NCBI RefSeq assembly: GCF_006345805.1
Contig: NC_043014.1
Coordinates: forward strand, 13,082,001-13,146,000
Reading direction: 5' to 3'
Length of the DNA: 64,000 nucleotides
From: Octopus sinensis
Taxonomy: Eukaryota
Every line of letters starts with the position of its first letter. Position 1 is the first letter of the stretch. Positions 63,180 through 64,000 of this stretch are shown here, in pieces. The position numbers and the translations under genes are program-made. Under the pieces are notes generated by a model. It did no database searches. It had not been told where the DNA came from and was given only the letters and a program-made list of their open reading frames with translations.

Positions 63180-64000
63180 TACATAGAGAGAGAGACAAGA
63201 GACAGGGATACAATATCCAGGTGGGTACCATTCAAGTACTTAGTTGTAATCCAGGCCAAGGCCAACCACATCAAGCTGAAATGAGCACCTAGAATTACGA
63301 GAGATAAGCAATCCAACTGTATTTTATCCCATAGGTAAATCCAGAGTTCACTTATCTGGATTATGAATATTTAACCAAGTGTATATCCAATTCAGTAACA
63401 AAGAATATGGAGATTAGTACAACTGCATAATTCTTGGTAAGTATCTTGCTTACCAACCACATGGTTCTAGGTTCTAGCCCCCCTGCATGGTTCTAGGTTC
63501 AGTCCCACTGCATAGCACCTTGGGCAAGTGTCTTCTACTATAACCTCGGGCTGACCAAAGCCTTGTGAGTGGATTTGGTAGACGGAAACTGAAAGAAGCC
63601 TGTCGTATATATGTATATATGTTTGTGTGTCTGTGTTTGTCCCCCCAACATCACTTGATAACCGATGCTGGTGTGTTTACGTCCCCATAACTTAGCGGTT
63701 CGACAAAAGGGACCAATAGAATAAGTACTAGGCTTACAAAGAATAAGTCCTGGGGTCGATTTGCTCGACTAAAGGCAGTGCTCCAGCATGGCCAAAGTCA
63801 AATGACTGAAACAAGTAAAAGAGTAAAAGAGTATCCCTCTGGAGCCACCAGCAGCTAAGTGACCTCACTTGTGCTGGCACCATGAAACAAAAAAAAAATG
63901 CACCCATACATGCTGTAAGGTAAATGGAATTAAGGAGAGTATGAAGCCATAGAAACCATGCCAACGCAGACACTGGATAACACAGTGTAACACAATCTTT

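Overview
This is AT-rich, microsatellite- and SINE-dense animal DNA. The repeat families look octopus/cephalopod-like, but that is an inference and I have not verified the species. The main result is one minus-strand gene that the ORF track splits into unrelated pieces. Four exons (60963-60837, 59678-59483, 57258-56443, 53010-52358) have phase-compatible GT-AG junctions and encode a mitochondrial-presequence-like N-terminus, an intact HAD phosphatase domain and a degenerate second HAD domain. The last HAD exon ends in a phase-1 donor. That donor fits in frame onto a conserved phase-1 acceptor in front of each of THREE intact, intronless 1775-nt choline dehydrogenase (CHDH/BetA, GMC oxidoreductase) exons (43885-42111, 26308-24534, 22723-20949). 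The predicted product is a 1188-aa HAD-HAD'-CHDH fusion with three alternative terminal exons. The distal exon has substitutions concentrated in active-site positions, and every CHDH exon keeps its own Met and presequence-like segment. The first 8.3 kb holds Penelope GIY-YIG remnants with several hammerhead ribozymes. The rest is an orphan UGT-like exon, LINE and DNA-transposon remnants, piggyBac-type MITEs, long palindromes, SINEs and simple repeats.
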